Positions 10,358 through 20,276 of a stretch of 64,000 bases of DNA are shown one piece after another. The DNA lies in IMG/VR virus record IMGVR_UViG_3300021425_003554, one strand, 5' to 3'. The notes beneath the pieces were generated by a model. The model searched no databases. It was not told where the DNA came from and saw only the letters and a list, made by a program, of their open reading frames with translations. The position numbers and the translations under genes were made by a program. How positions within the stretch are numbered: position 1 is the first letter of the stretch; every line of letters starts with the position of its first letter. The DNA is from a virus. Lineage: Duplodnaviria; Caudoviricetes.

Positions 10358-11027
10358 TACTTGTACATACTGTAATAAAACTTTTCAAAAAGAAAGAACA
10401 TTACAAGTTCATGTATGCGAACCCAAAAGAAGACATTTGCAAAAGGACGAAAAATGGGTTAAAAATGGATTCCTTGTTTTTCAAAAATTTTATGAAGTTC
10501 ATCAAAATACCGGAAAGCCAAAAACATATAAACAATTTTGTGACTCGTCCTATTATAATGCATTTGTAAAATTTGGTAGGTATCTTATGTACATCAATCC
10601 TTTATATCCAGACAAATATATAGATTTTATTGTAAGATCAAAAGTTAAATTAGATCATTGGGCAAGAGATGAACTATATGAATCTTACTTGATTGAAACT
10701 TTAAAAACAGAACCTTTAGAATCTGCTCTACAAAGATCTATTAAAACAATGATGGAATGGGCCGACGAACAAAAAGTACAATGGGCAGATTATTTTCGTT
10801 TAGTTAGTACCAATAGAGCAGTTTCACATATACAAAAAGGCAGTATATCTCCATGGTTGATCCTCGGATGTCCTGCGGGTAAAAAAATGTTGAAATCTTT
10901 TTCGGATGAACAATTACAAATGGTACAACGATTTATAAATCCCGAATTTTGGTCTAACAAATTTAGATCAAATCCGGCCGATGCAATTTTTGTAAACGAA
11001 ACAGCCAAGGAGGCAAGAATTGAGTAA
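10341..11027 (+). CDS. Zinc-finger-containing phage protein
   Basis: N-terminal CTYCNKTFQKERTLQVHVC C2H2-like finger. Confidence 0.7.
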   Translation: MENNLNTCTYCNKTFQKERTLQVHVCEPKRRHLQKDEKWVKNGFLVFQKFYEVHQNTGKPKTYKQFCDSSYYNAFVKFGRYLMYINPLYPDKYIDFIVRSKVKLDHWARDELYESYLIETLKTEPLESALQRSIKTMMEWADEQKVQWADYFRLVSTNRAVSHIQKGSISPWLILGCPAGKKMLKSFSDEQLQMVQRFINPEFWSNKFRSNPADAIFVNETAKEARIE

Positions 11028-11244
11028 AGTAGATATTGCTATTGATGATCATTTAGATATTGAAGCGGGCGACAGTGTTGTTGTAATAAAAGCCGACGGG
11101 TCGGTAGGCAAAGTAATTTTACCCGAAATGAATCAAGAAACTCAATACAGCAAAGGTTATAAAAAAATGTTACAAGTTTTAGACTTACTTAAACCCGGGA
11201 TCAAAGAAAAGTTTAACGATTATAATAAAGGAAAATTACACTAA
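11020..11244 (+). CDS. Hypothetical protein
   Basis: Coupled to both neighbours (TTG start, TAATG junction). Confidence 0.6.
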   Translation: MSKVDIAIDDHLDIEAGDSVVVIKADGSVGKVILPEMNQETQYSKGYKKMLQVLDLLKPGIKEKFNDYNKGKLH

Positions 11245-11843
11245 TGCCTGATGTAGATATAGATTTTTTTGATAGAGAAAATGCGTTGAAGTTATTCAAA
11301 CATATTCCGGCTTCTATAATAAAAAAAGAAAATGCCGAGAAACATAAAACAGGAATATATTTTCACGATGCTCCGGTTGACCCATTGAGAGGTTTTTGTA
11401 GTTTAGATTATAAAAGAGCAGAAGATAGAAAATATTTTAAGATTGATTGTTTAAATGTTAGTGTTTACGAAAAAGTTAAATCCGAAGAACACTTAATTGA
11501 ATTAATGTTGACAGAGCCCGACTGGAATATGTTATTAGATATAAATGTTGTAAATCAATTGTTCCATTTGAACGGACATTTTGACATTGTCTCAAAACTT
11601 GAGCCTAAAAATATTGAACAACTTGCGGCTGTATTGGCAATTATAAGACCAGCAAAAAGAGGATTGATGTATAAAGACTGGAACACGATATTAACCGAGG
11701 TCTGGACACGTCCAACAGACGGTAGTTATTTTTTTAAAAAATCTCATGCGATTGCTTATGCCCAGTTGATAGTTGTGCAGATGAATCTAATTTCAAATGA
11801 TAAATACATTTTTGATGCACCATCAAAAAAAGAAAAAACTTAA
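11244..11843 (+). CDS. Miniature DNA polymerase III alpha (DnaE/PolC palm)-like protein
   Basis: PDVDIDF, KIDCLNV, LAAVLAIIRP, FKKSHAIAY correspond to DnaE motifs; only 199 aa. Confidence 0.8.
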   Translation: MPDVDIDFFDRENALKLFKHIPASIIKKENAEKHKTGIYFHDAPVDPLRGFCSLDYKRAEDRKYFKIDCLNVSVYEKVKSEEHLIELMLTEPDWNMLLDINVVNQLFHLNGHFDIVSKLEPKNIEQLAAVLAIIRPAKRGLMYKDWNTILTEVWTRPTDGSYFFKKSHAIAYAQLIVVQMNLISNDKYIFDAPSKKEKT

Positions 11844-11944
11844 AAAATCAAAAAAAAGAAATCAACAAACATCAATAGAGTATAGTTCGTATCAGCCAAA
11901 TAATCCACTGACTATATATTACTTGAAATACATTGAGAAAAAAC

Positions 11945-12328
11945 CTAACTAGGTCTTCTCATTAATTGAATTGTTCTTCTTTTAATTCGTTTTTTAGATA
12001 TCTCATCGAGCCTAAGCACAGGACCGTGTACAACTTCGATATCTTTAGTGGTAAGTGTTACCAGTGTAGATCTAAAGTATTGGAAATCTTTTTTTAAAAA
12101 TATGTTAATAGGTATTTTTCTATTTGATTCCCACCACCATATTTCACCATATTTCAAAAAATCCATTTTATCTTCTGGAGACATGATTCTACCATAATCA
12201 TAAAAACTTGTCACTTGATTATCTTGGTTTTGCACGATCCCCACAAACTCCATATCTCCCTTTCGTATAAGAGATAAAAATGGAAATTTCTTTCTTAATG
12301 TTTCAAAAATTTCATTCATATGTTTCAA
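11945..12328 (-). CDS. Hypothetical phage protein
   Basis: 127-aa ORF divergent from 12351 ORF. Confidence 0.7.
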   Translation of the reverse strand: MKHMNEIFETLRKKFPFLSLIRKGDMEFVGIVQNQDNQVTSFYDYGRIMSPEDKMDFLKYGEIWWWESNRKIPINIFLKKDFQYFRSTLVTLTTKDIEVVHGPVLRLDEISKKRIKRRTIQLMRRPS

Positions 12329-12350
12329 TAAATACTGTTAAATATGTGTT

Positions 12351-13166
12351 ATGCAAACAGTTACAAGGTATTTAATAAACAATGTGGTAATAGCCTACAT
12401 TAATGGTTATAATGGAAGGAACTCAAAAGTGTACGATAGACGTCTAAAAGTGTATAAAGGTGTATCAAATCCAATAACATTTGTATTCAAAAACGAAGAT
12501 CAAGCAGTACAAAGCATTACGACCAAAGAATTTGAATTTGATCTGATCGACACAAAAAACGACAGATCGGTCATTAAAAAAACATTAACACTTGTAGACG
12601 ACGGGTCAACTGTTAGCACGAGAGGAAAAGCAACAGTAACATTAACCGACGGAGATTTATTAGATCTAGAGCCGGGATTTTACAATTACAGTATTAGAGA
12701 AATTGCAATAGGAGATGATTCTACTGTGACTTATACTGTGACCTATGCTAATACCTCATATAATTCTGAAGGGACACTTGAGATACTAGACGGTGCATTT
12801 CCAAAATTTGTGCCTAGCAATGAAACAATCACATGGCCTGTAACAACAGGACCATATTCAAAAACATCTGCTTACATCGACGGTAAGTCTAGTCAAAATG
12901 GTAATAACTCTTTGCACACGATCGCTGTTTATACCAACGGATTTACTGGAACATTTAAGATACAGGGCACATTGGTCACAACAGCAGTACAAGACTCGGA
13001 CTTCGCAGACATCACAGCAACTGATCAAACCAACCCAATTACATTTACCAATTCAACTGGAGTCAAATACTTTAATTTCATTGGAGTTTGGGAAAACATC
13101 AGATTCAGTTGGCAAAACACCGGCAGTAACAACGGTGTGATTGACAAAATCTTATATAGACAGTAA
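12351..13166 (+). CDS. Virion structural protein, BppU-like N-terminal domain
   Basis: Thr/Gly-rich beta protein, GKATVTLT..DLEPGFYNYSI; late-promoter motif TTAAATA 6 nt before ATG. Confidence 0.5.
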   Translation: MQTVTRYLINNVVIAYINGYNGRNSKVYDRRLKVYKGVSNPITFVFKNEDQAVQSITTKEFEFDLIDTKNDRSVIKKTLTLVDDGSTVSTRGKATVTLTDGDLLDLEPGFYNYSIREIAIGDDSTVTYTVTYANTSYNSEGTLEILDGAFPKFVPSNETITWPVTTGPYSKTSAYIDGKSSQNGNNSLHTIAVYTNGFTGTFKIQGTLVTTAVQDSDFADITATDQTNPITFTNSTGVKYFNFIGVWENIRFSWQNTGSNNGVIDKILYRQ

Positions 13167-13169
13167 AAT
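13141..13169 (+). promoter_or_regulatory. sigma70 promoter for primase-helicase
   Basis: TTGACA-N17-TAAAAT ending 7 nt before ATG. Confidence 0.7.
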
Positions 13170-13176
13170 ATAGAAT

Positions 13177-14193
13177 ATGAATTTAATTCAGTCTACTATT
13201 CTGAATTCTCTTCCTAGCGGAAAGAAAAAAACACCCTCTGGTTGGTTATCTTTTAATGCTCCGTGTTGTATACACAACGGCACAGGTGCTGATAAAAGAA
13301 AACGTGGAGGCATCATGACTTCTGCCGACGGTACTTTAAGTTATCATTGTTTTAATTGTGGTTATAAAACTTCGTATGTTGTTGGAAGAAAACTCAATGC
13401 GAAAACAAGACAACTCATGAGCTGGTTAGGAATTAGTGAAGAAACTATAAGAAAATTATCAATAGAGGCCATGCGTTATGAAGAATCCGGCAATACATTT
13501 GAAACAAAAAAAAATATAAATTTTGCTATCAAGACGTTGCCAAAAAATTCACACACACTAGATTATTGGTTGGAAAAATATATTGCAAAAGATCTAACAG
13601 AAGTTCAATATAAAAAAATTGATCAATTATTAAACTACTTAAAAAAAAGAGGTATTTCTCCCGATTGGTATAAATTTTATTATAGTCCGGATCAAACAGG
13701 AGATTTCCATAGAAGAGTAATTGTGCCTTTTTATTGGAAAAATAATATAGTAGGACACACAGGAAGAATTTTTGATACAAGAAACAAGGAAGTTAAATAT
13801 TGGACAGAAACACAACCGGGTTATGTGTTTAACATAGATGTCCAGGATTGGAAAAGAAAGTTTGTGATTGTGACCGAAGGTCCTTTTGATGCTATCACTG
13901 TTTCGGGTGTGAGCATTTTAGGTTCAGAGGTCAATGATACGCAGAAAGATATTATAAACAGTTTGAATAGACAGGTAATTGTAGTGCCGGATCAAGACAA
14001 AGCCGGAGAAAAACTAATAGACCAAGCAATAGAGTTTGGGTGGTCTGTATCTTTTCCAGAATGGCAAAAAGGAGTTGATGATGTGGCCGAATCTGTGTTA
14101 CAATATGGAAGATTATATACAATACAGTCGATACTAAAAGGAACAGAAACTAATAAACTTAAGATCGATTTAAAAAGAAAAATAAATGGCTGA
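13177..14193 (+). CDS. DNA primase (gp61/DnaG-like)
   Basis: Zn-binding CCIH..HCFNC; TOPRIM EGPFDA and PDQD. Confidence 0.9.
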   Translation: MNLIQSTILNSLPSGKKKTPSGWLSFNAPCCIHNGTGADKRKRGGIMTSADGTLSYHCFNCGYKTSYVVGRKLNAKTRQLMSWLGISEETIRKLSIEAMRYEESGNTFETKKNINFAIKTLPKNSHTLDYWLEKYIAKDLTEVQYKKIDQLLNYLKKRGISPDWYKFYYSPDQTGDFHRRVIVPFYWKNNIVGHTGRIFDTRNKEVKYWTETQPGYVFNIDVQDWKRKFVIVTEGPFDAITVSGVSILGSEVNDTQKDIINSLNRQVIVVPDQDKAGEKLIDQAIEFGWSVSFPEWQKGVDDVAESVLQYGRLYTIQSILKGTETNKLKIDLKRKING

Positions 14194-15616
14194 ATATACA
14201 TTTGACGTACAAAAACTTTATTTAGAAATGCTAATGGCAGATGCTGAATCATTTGCTAGGGCACAAAATATTTTTGAACCTGCAAATTTTGACAGGAAAC
14301 TACAACCAATTGCAAAATTTGTTAAGGATTATGTCGATGAATATAAAGTCATGCCCGACGTTGAACAAATTAATGCTGTACATGATACAAAATTAAAAAC
14401 TGCAAAGGATCTAGATCCGGCACATTTTAATTGGCTACTAGATGAATTTGAAACATTTTCTAGGCACAAATCAATGGAGAGAGCAATATTGGAGTCTGCA
14501 GATTTGCTCGAAAAAGGAGATTATAATCCAGTAGAAGACAAGATCAAAGCGGCTGTTAGTATAAGTCTTACTAAAGATCTAGGAACAAACTATTTTGAAA
14601 ACCCTAAAAAAAGATTAGAGGATCTTAAGAGTGCCAACGGACAGGTTAGCACAGGATGGATAAACGTAGATAAAAAATTGTTTGGTGGATTTAATAAAGG
14701 AGAATTAAACATTTTTGCTGGAGGATCGGGTGCAGGTAAATCTATTTTCCTACAGAATCTTGCTGTGAATTGGGCAACTGCCGGGTTGAATACTTGCTAT
14801 CTTTCATTTGAATTAAGTGAATCATTGGTGGCAATGAGACTCGATGCCATGATGTCTGGCATAGCAACAAGAAGAATATTTCCAGAAATTGACAACGTGG
14901 AAATGAAAGTAAAAATGATTGAGAAAAAATCCGGTGCTTTACAGATAAAATATCTACCAAGTGGCAGTAACGTAAATGACATTAAAGCGTATCTCAAAGA
15001 ACTTGAATTGAAAAATAAAAAGAAATTTGATTGTATATTGATTGATTATTTGGATCTGATGATGCCTAAAAGTAAACGTATCAGTCCTGCAGATCTTTTT
15101 ATAAAAGACAAATATGTATCGGAAGAACTTAGAAATTTCGCAACTGAATCTCAGATGATCATGGTAACGGCATCACAATTGAATAGAGCATCGGTTGAAG
15201 AAATCGAGTTTGACCATTCACATATTTCGGGCGGGTTGAGTAAGATTCAAACAGCAGATAACGTGATTGGTATCTTTACAAGTCGTGCAATGAAAGAGCG
15301 TGGACGTTATCAAATACAGTTTATGAAAACAAGAAGTTCAAGCGGTGTGGGACAAAAAGTGGATTTAGAATTTGATTTAGATACTCTTAGAATAAAAGAT
15401 TTACTCGAAGAGGAAGGCGATCATTCACAATTTAAAAAACCAGCAACAGCAATGTACGATTCTTTAAAACAAAAAAGTAAAATTATTAATGATAGTAACA
15501 AAAATATTACTATCGATCCTACAAAAGGAAACGATATAGGTAAAGTTAAAGCCACAGTTGAAGGGGCCAAATTGAGACAATTATTAAATGATTTACACTC
15601 AGATGAAGAGCAATAA
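14186..15616 (+). CDS. Replicative SF4 helicase (gp41/DnaB-like)
   Basis: GGSGAGKS Walker A, SFELSE, IDYLDLM, TASQLNR, MKTR. Confidence 0.9.
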   Translation: MAEYTFDVQKLYLEMLMADAESFARAQNIFEPANFDRKLQPIAKFVKDYVDEYKVMPDVEQINAVHDTKLKTAKDLDPAHFNWLLDEFETFSRHKSMERAILESADLLEKGDYNPVEDKIKAAVSISLTKDLGTNYFENPKKRLEDLKSANGQVSTGWINVDKKLFGGFNKGELNIFAGGSGAGKSIFLQNLAVNWATAGLNTCYLSFELSESLVAMRLDAMMSGIATRRIFPEIDNVEMKVKMIEKKSGALQIKYLPSGSNVNDIKAYLKELELKNKKKFDCILIDYLDLMMPKSKRISPADLFIKDKYVSEELRNFATESQMIMVTASQLNRASVEEIEFDHSHISGGLSKIQTADNVIGIFTSRAMKERGRYQIQFMKTRSSSGVGQKVDLEFDLDTLRIKDLLEEEGDHSQFKKPATAMYDSLKQKSKIINDSNKNITIDPTKGNDIGKVKATVEGAKLRQLLNDLHSDEEQ

Positions 15617-15767
15617 TAGACATAGTTTATGATAAATAGTGTCTGTAAAAAAAATGAAAAAACAACATTTCATAAAAGTTACCATATAGAAAAAATCAAT
15701 TAAAATTCCCAGAAGTTTAAAGAATTTGTGAATGGCTTTACAGCCACACAAAAATAAGGAGAAAACT

Positions 15768-16706
15768 ATGAAAATAACAAAGAAAAAAATAGGCCTAGGT
15801 GTAGCGATTATTATTGCACTTGGCATATTATGGTCGGTTTTAAAACCGGCTCCAGCAGAAGCGGCTGATATGAAAGTTTATGGTTCATTAAACTATATGC
15901 TTTCTAATAACGAGGACGCTAACGGCGTGGCGACATCGAAAGCGGAGAACAACGGTTCTTCTATCGGTGTTGATTTCTCGAGCAACCTATCAGAAGGTAT
16001 CGACGGCTTTGCCAAATTAGAAGTGGACATCGATGCAGATGATTCTGGCTCAACACCATTTGATTCAAAACTAGCATATGCTGGTGTTGACATGGGCGAT
16101 GCAGGTATGCTGTCAGCAGGTAGACAAAACTCTGTATTCAAAGGTGCAGTAACATCTAAAACAGATGTGTTCCCAGAATATGGTAATAGTGCATCACAAA
16201 AACTGTTCAGTAGAGATTCACACACAGTAATCTACTCTAACACATTTGGTGCAATACAGTTGGATAACTTGATCAAAGTTGACGGAACAACTGGTAAATC
16301 AGGTGTTGATGTTTATGAAACTGCGGCTTCTATGGATGTAAGTGATGAACTAAACGTAGGTATTGCTTACTCAGATGACAAAGTAAATTCGATCGAGTAC
16401 AAAGGTGCGGGTTTAAATTTTGATTTGAACGATGCTGTTACAATTGGTTACAATTATACAATTAAATCAGTTGAGTCAACATCATTAGACACTACTGCGA
16501 ATGAACTAGTTGGTTCATACACCATTGGACAAACAACATTTTCAGCAGGTTACGGTGAGATCGAAGATGGTAACAAGTATCATACGTATGGTGCCGAGAA
16601 AAAAATTGGTAGCAACTTTAGTATGTACGCCGGTTACGAAATCACTGACGTACCATCAGGTACAGACACAAACGACATGGCAGTAGGAATGAAATTTACA
16701 TTCTAA
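15768..16706 (+). CDS. Gram-negative porin
   Basis: AAGGAG RBS, signal peptide ending AEA, VYGSLN, amphipathic strands, terminal Phe (GMKFTF). Confidence 0.85.
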   Translation: MKITKKKIGLGVAIIIALGILWSVLKPAPAEAADMKVYGSLNYMLSNNEDANGVATSKAENNGSSIGVDFSSNLSEGIDGFAKLEVDIDADDSGSTPFDSKLAYAGVDMGDAGMLSAGRQNSVFKGAVTSKTDVFPEYGNSASQKLFSRDSHTVIYSNTFGAIQLDNLIKVDGTTGKSGVDVYETAASMDVSDELNVGIAYSDDKVNSIEYKGAGLNFDLNDAVTIGYNYTIKSVESTSLDTTANELVGSYTIGQTTFSAGYGEIEDGNKYHTYGAEKKIGSNFSMYAGYEITDVPSGTDTNDMAVGMKFTF

Positions 16707-16718
16707 TTGTTATTTTTT

Positions 16719-16747
16719 ATGTTTGCCTGTGTAATGCAGGCAAACAT
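16719..16747. terminator. Hairpin between convergent genes
   Basis: ATGTTTGCCTG-TGTAATG-CAGGCAAACAT inverted repeat. Confidence 0.65.
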
Positions 16748-16748
16748 A

Positions 16749-18305
16749 TTATAAGAATTTTTCTTTTACTTTCTTAATATAATCATCCAAAAAAACTTTT
16801 TTATAATTCTTATACTCATCTGACAGTAGATCTGTATGATATTTTGTCAATGCTTCTTTATACGATATACCATAATTTAAAATCGAAGCCATACGCCAAG
16901 CATCTAATTTAGATTTATTATTTGTTCTAGCGTATTCGTTCCATTGTCTACTTAACCTGTCTGTCATAAAACTGTCCCAGTGTTCGTTCTTCCAAGCATC
17001 TCCGTTTCTACCGGGCATATTATTTTCAAATACATCGTAACCGTAATCTTTGTAATTCCTATCAAACTCACTTGAAAAACTTCTGGACTTACCTCTGTTT
17101 CTGACTATGCTTAGGCTATGCCATGTATAACTGTCTAATCCTATTGTACCATCCAACAATTCTTTATTATTTTGTTCAATGGTGTCTATTGTTTCATGAG
17201 GTAATCCCACAACAAAATTTCCGTGTAGGTGTATGTCATTGTGCCATTCTTTCTTCATGAGAGACAACGCTTTTATTGTTTTTTCTTTACCCAAACCTTT
17301 TCCGATTGCTTTAGATGAGGGATCGTGTAAACTTTCTATTCCAAAATTGGCGAAACGTAATCCAACCTTTTTTAACAACGGTATTTGTTTTTCTTGATGT
17401 GCATGAACTAGATCTAATCTAATATATGCAGTCAAATTTAATTCAAGTTTGAGATCGTCAACAACATCTGCAAGTGTTTGTAATTTTTCAGTTGTTTCAT
17501 TAAAAGTATCACACAAGACAAAATAATTAGTAACTCCCCATGTGTCGTAATTAAATTTAAGTTCTTCCTTAATACTATTTTTACTTCTTAGATATCTATG
17601 TTCTTTTGGATTTTTTCCTAACAGAGGATATGAACAAAATTTACATTTGAATCTACAACCTCTGCTTAATTCTAAAGGTAATGTTTCGTTTGGAAGTATT
17701 ACATCGTTTTTTGAAAACATGGGTGGACAATTATGAAAATCATATAATAAACCTAAAGGATCTCCGGGTAATATTTTTTCAACAGGATTTGATTTATTTG
17801 ATTTACAATTATTTAAAAATTGAATCATAGAACTTTCACCAAAACCTTTTATCCAGTAATCAATAAAGTTAAAAGGCAAATTTCCAAAAATGTTATAAAT
17901 GGCGACAGACCCGGAACTGTGTCCTCCTAACAATATTTTTAGATTTGGATGATTTTTTTTGATGTATGTAAAAAGTTTATAAAAACAATTGAACCATTTG
18001 GCATCTGAATATTGTCCGGTACCTTCATATGTGATGCTATCATTTATTGTGACTTTTTTGTGATCAAAGTCTAAACTAGAAAACCAAGTTCCGCTAATTG
18101 CTAAAGCATAAGTTTCTTTGGTAATTTGCTTGGATAAGATATTGAAAAAAGATACCGGGTCTTTATCTACAAAATAACTGAAATGATCTAAAACATTTAC
18201 AGAGTGTCCGTGCTGTCTGCAAGATGAGGCTATCCTATATGCACCAGCAGTTTTTGATGGTACATCGTAAGTTGGTAAATCATTTAAAATTATAAGATTT
18301 GTCAT
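16749..18305 (-). CDS. B12-binding-domain radical SAM enzyme
   Basis: ELSRGCRFKCKFC CxxxCxxC, ILLGG, FGIESL, NFVVGLPHET. Confidence 0.85.
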   Translation of the reverse strand: MTNLIILNDLPTYDVPSKTAGAYRIASSCRQHGHSVNVLDHFSYFVDKDPVSFFNILSKQITKETYALAISGTWFSSLDFDHKKVTINDSITYEGTGQYSDAKWFNCFYKLFTYIKKNHPNLKILLGGHSSGSVAIYNIFGNLPFNFIDYWIKGFGESSMIQFLNNCKSNKSNPVEKILPGDPLGLLYDFHNCPPMFSKNDVILPNETLPLELSRGCRFKCKFCSYPLLGKNPKEHRYLRSKNSIKEELKFNYDTWGVTNYFVLCDTFNETTEKLQTLADVVDDLKLELNLTAYIRLDLVHAHQEKQIPLLKKVGLRFANFGIESLHDPSSKAIGKGLGKEKTIKALSLMKKEWHNDIHLHGNFVVGLPHETIDTIEQNNKELLDGTIGLDSYTWHSLSIVRNRGKSRSFSSEFDRNYKDYGYDVFENNMPGRNGDAWKNEHWDSFMTDRLSRQWNEYARTNNKSKLDAWRMASILNYGISYKEALTKYHTDLLSDEYKNYKKVFLDDYIKKVKEKFL

Positions 18306-18419
18306 TGATTATCTTTTTACTTATTGCGTAAAATTTACAAAAAATTATTTTAGCGAAGCGTAAATTAGCGTAAGATTTATTTGACCTTTATGTTTTTACC
18401 ATTAAATATATCTATCAAG

Positions 18420-19706
18420 ATGAATCAAAATCAGCACAGACGCGAACTAAACATCTCTTCGAAGCCAGGAAAACTTTGCGAGTTGCCATGGTCGGGTCTC
18501 ACGATCAACCCGGACGGAAATTTGGTTGTGTGCTGTTCTTCCGTAAATCCTATAATCAAACATATTAGCAAGGTCGACGACTTACAAAAGTTTTTTACTA
18601 ACTCCATCGAGTATAATAGTATGAGACAGAAATTTAAAAACAACGTATTTCCTGAATATTGTTTCACATGTGAATTTAAAAAAAGTAGAGGACTTTCTGC
18701 ACCCATTGATACCTGGACTGCGGACGTTGTTCCAAACAACAATCCTCCCAAAAACTTATCTAACAAAGATATGCCAATACTGTATTTAGATCTTTCGTTA
18801 TCAAATGTTTGCAATCAAACTTGTATCATGTGTGGTCCTCTTTATAGTTCAAAATGGTATGATCTAGAAAAAAAGATACAAAAGGAACAAACAGAAATAG
18901 AAACCATGGAAGGCAGAGAAGGAAGACTGATCGAGGGAAAGAGATTGTTCATGAACAAATTGTCCGAAGAAGATTTCCAAAAAATTTTAAAAGTGTTGCC
19001 TACTGTGGAAGTAATACAATTGAAAGGTGGAGAACCGTTGGTAGAAAAAAGAAACTTTATAGTGATGTCCGAAGCGGCCAGGCAAAAAAGACCACCTCGT
19101 ATAGTCATGACCACAAACCTCAGTTTGATATCAAAGGATGCATGGAAAGCCGTTGAAGAATATCCTCGAGGAAAGTTAGGAATCAACATCAGCCTAGACG
19201 GTATAGGTAAGCAATATGAATGGATCAGGGGCGGTGATTATTCTAATACTATGAAAAACATAGAAAGGTTGTGTAAGAGTGGACACAGTATATGTGTACG
19301 TACATCCTTGACGTTACACTCGTCTTTTAACGTTCCGGAACAGATACAAGTAATACATGACAACACAGACATAAGAGAAATGGATATAGGACTTGTGACG
19401 TCGCCCACGTATACTTCTAATCGTTTGATACCTCAACCCATGTTAGAGGAACAAAAATCTCGCACCGCGGATGCAGTAAATCATTATACCCAAAAAGGAA
19501 TGAAGTTTCACGAATTGGAAAATTTTTACAACGTTAGATGTGTTAACACACTGGCGGATGTACTTAAAATGACACAAGGAGAAACGGAAATTTTCTATCA
19601 ACAAAAATTACACCAAGCCAAACTGTGGACTGATTTTTTTAACAAACAACGTGGTATTGCAATACAAGATCATGTTCCGGAATTAAAACGGTTGTTTAAT
19701 TATTAA
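18420..19706 (+). CDS. Radical SAM enzyme with N-terminal SPASM/twitch domain
   Basis: CELPW..NPDGNLVVCC, CNQTCIMC, KGGEPL, ISLDG. Confidence 0.85.
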   Translation: MNQNQHRRELNISSKPGKLCELPWSGLTINPDGNLVVCCSSVNPIIKHISKVDDLQKFFTNSIEYNSMRQKFKNNVFPEYCFTCEFKKSRGLSAPIDTWTADVVPNNNPPKNLSNKDMPILYLDLSLSNVCNQTCIMCGPLYSSKWYDLEKKIQKEQTEIETMEGREGRLIEGKRLFMNKLSEEDFQKILKVLPTVEVIQLKGGEPLVEKRNFIVMSEAARQKRPPRIVMTTNLSLISKDAWKAVEEYPRGKLGINISLDGIGKQYEWIRGGDYSNTMKNIERLCKSGHSICVRTSLTLHSSFNVPEQIQVIHDNTDIREMDIGLVTSPTYTSNRLIPQPMLEEQKSRTADAVNHYTQKGMKFHELENFYNVRCVNTLADVLKMTQGETEIFYQQKLHQAKLWTDFFNKQRGIAIQDHVPELKRLFNY

Positions 19707-19725
19707 AAATATTATATAATGAATT

Positions 19726-20271
19726 ATGAAAACAATTAAAACATTTAAAAGAATAGTAACAGGAATCAACGAACAAGGCAAATCAACAGTAATGTCAAAC
19801 GATATTGCCAAGGGAGTTTTAGATTTTGGCGACGACCGACCGTTCCATACGCACACGTATCTCTGGAAAACCAAAAACGAAAAACAAGATTTCACAGGAT
19901 TCAACGATCCAATTGATTCTAATTTCAAAACCTTTCCGGCACCGGGAGGTACAACTTTTTTGGTTGTACAGTTTGATCCACAAGACGACGAAGTACTGAA
20001 AAAATTAAATCCCCAGGACGGTTTTAAAAAAATGAATGCCTTAGAAAATCTTAAGCCTAGCAAGAGACATCCTTATATGCACACAACACCAACTGTTGAT
20101 TATGGATATGTTATTTCTGGAAAAATAAAACTACTGCTCGACGAAGGAGACGAAGAAGTTGAATTATCACAGGGAGATGTTTTAGTACAGCGAGGAGCTC
20201 GCCATGCCTGGTATAATCCTTTTAATGAACCTTGTGTGATAGCATTCACACTAGTCGACGGACAGCAATAA
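19726..20271 (+). CDS. Cupin_2 domain protein
   Basis: MHTTPTVDYGYVISG and GDVLVQRGARHAW. Confidence 0.85.
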   Translation: MKTIKTFKRIVTGINEQGKSTVMSNDIAKGVLDFGDDRPFHTHTYLWKTKNEKQDFTGFNDPIDSNFKTFPAPGGTTFLVVQFDPQDDEVLKKLNPQDGFKKMNALENLKPSKRHPYMHTTPTVDYGYVISGKIKLLLDEGDEEVELSQGDVLVQRGARHAWYNPFNEPCVIAFTLVDGQQ

Positions 20272-20276
20272 TTTTT

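Noticed and set aside
7964-15616. Active inteins or introns in helicase, mini-DnaE, primase or DnaB
   Set aside because: No C/S..HN-C/S/T splice junctions or LAGLIDADG/HNH inserts; protein lengths are normal or short
15599-15826. Antisense ORF between helicase and porin, and similar short antisense ORFs in 1-30 kb
   Set aside because: Overlap clear genes on the opposite strand, with no RBS or recognisable motifs
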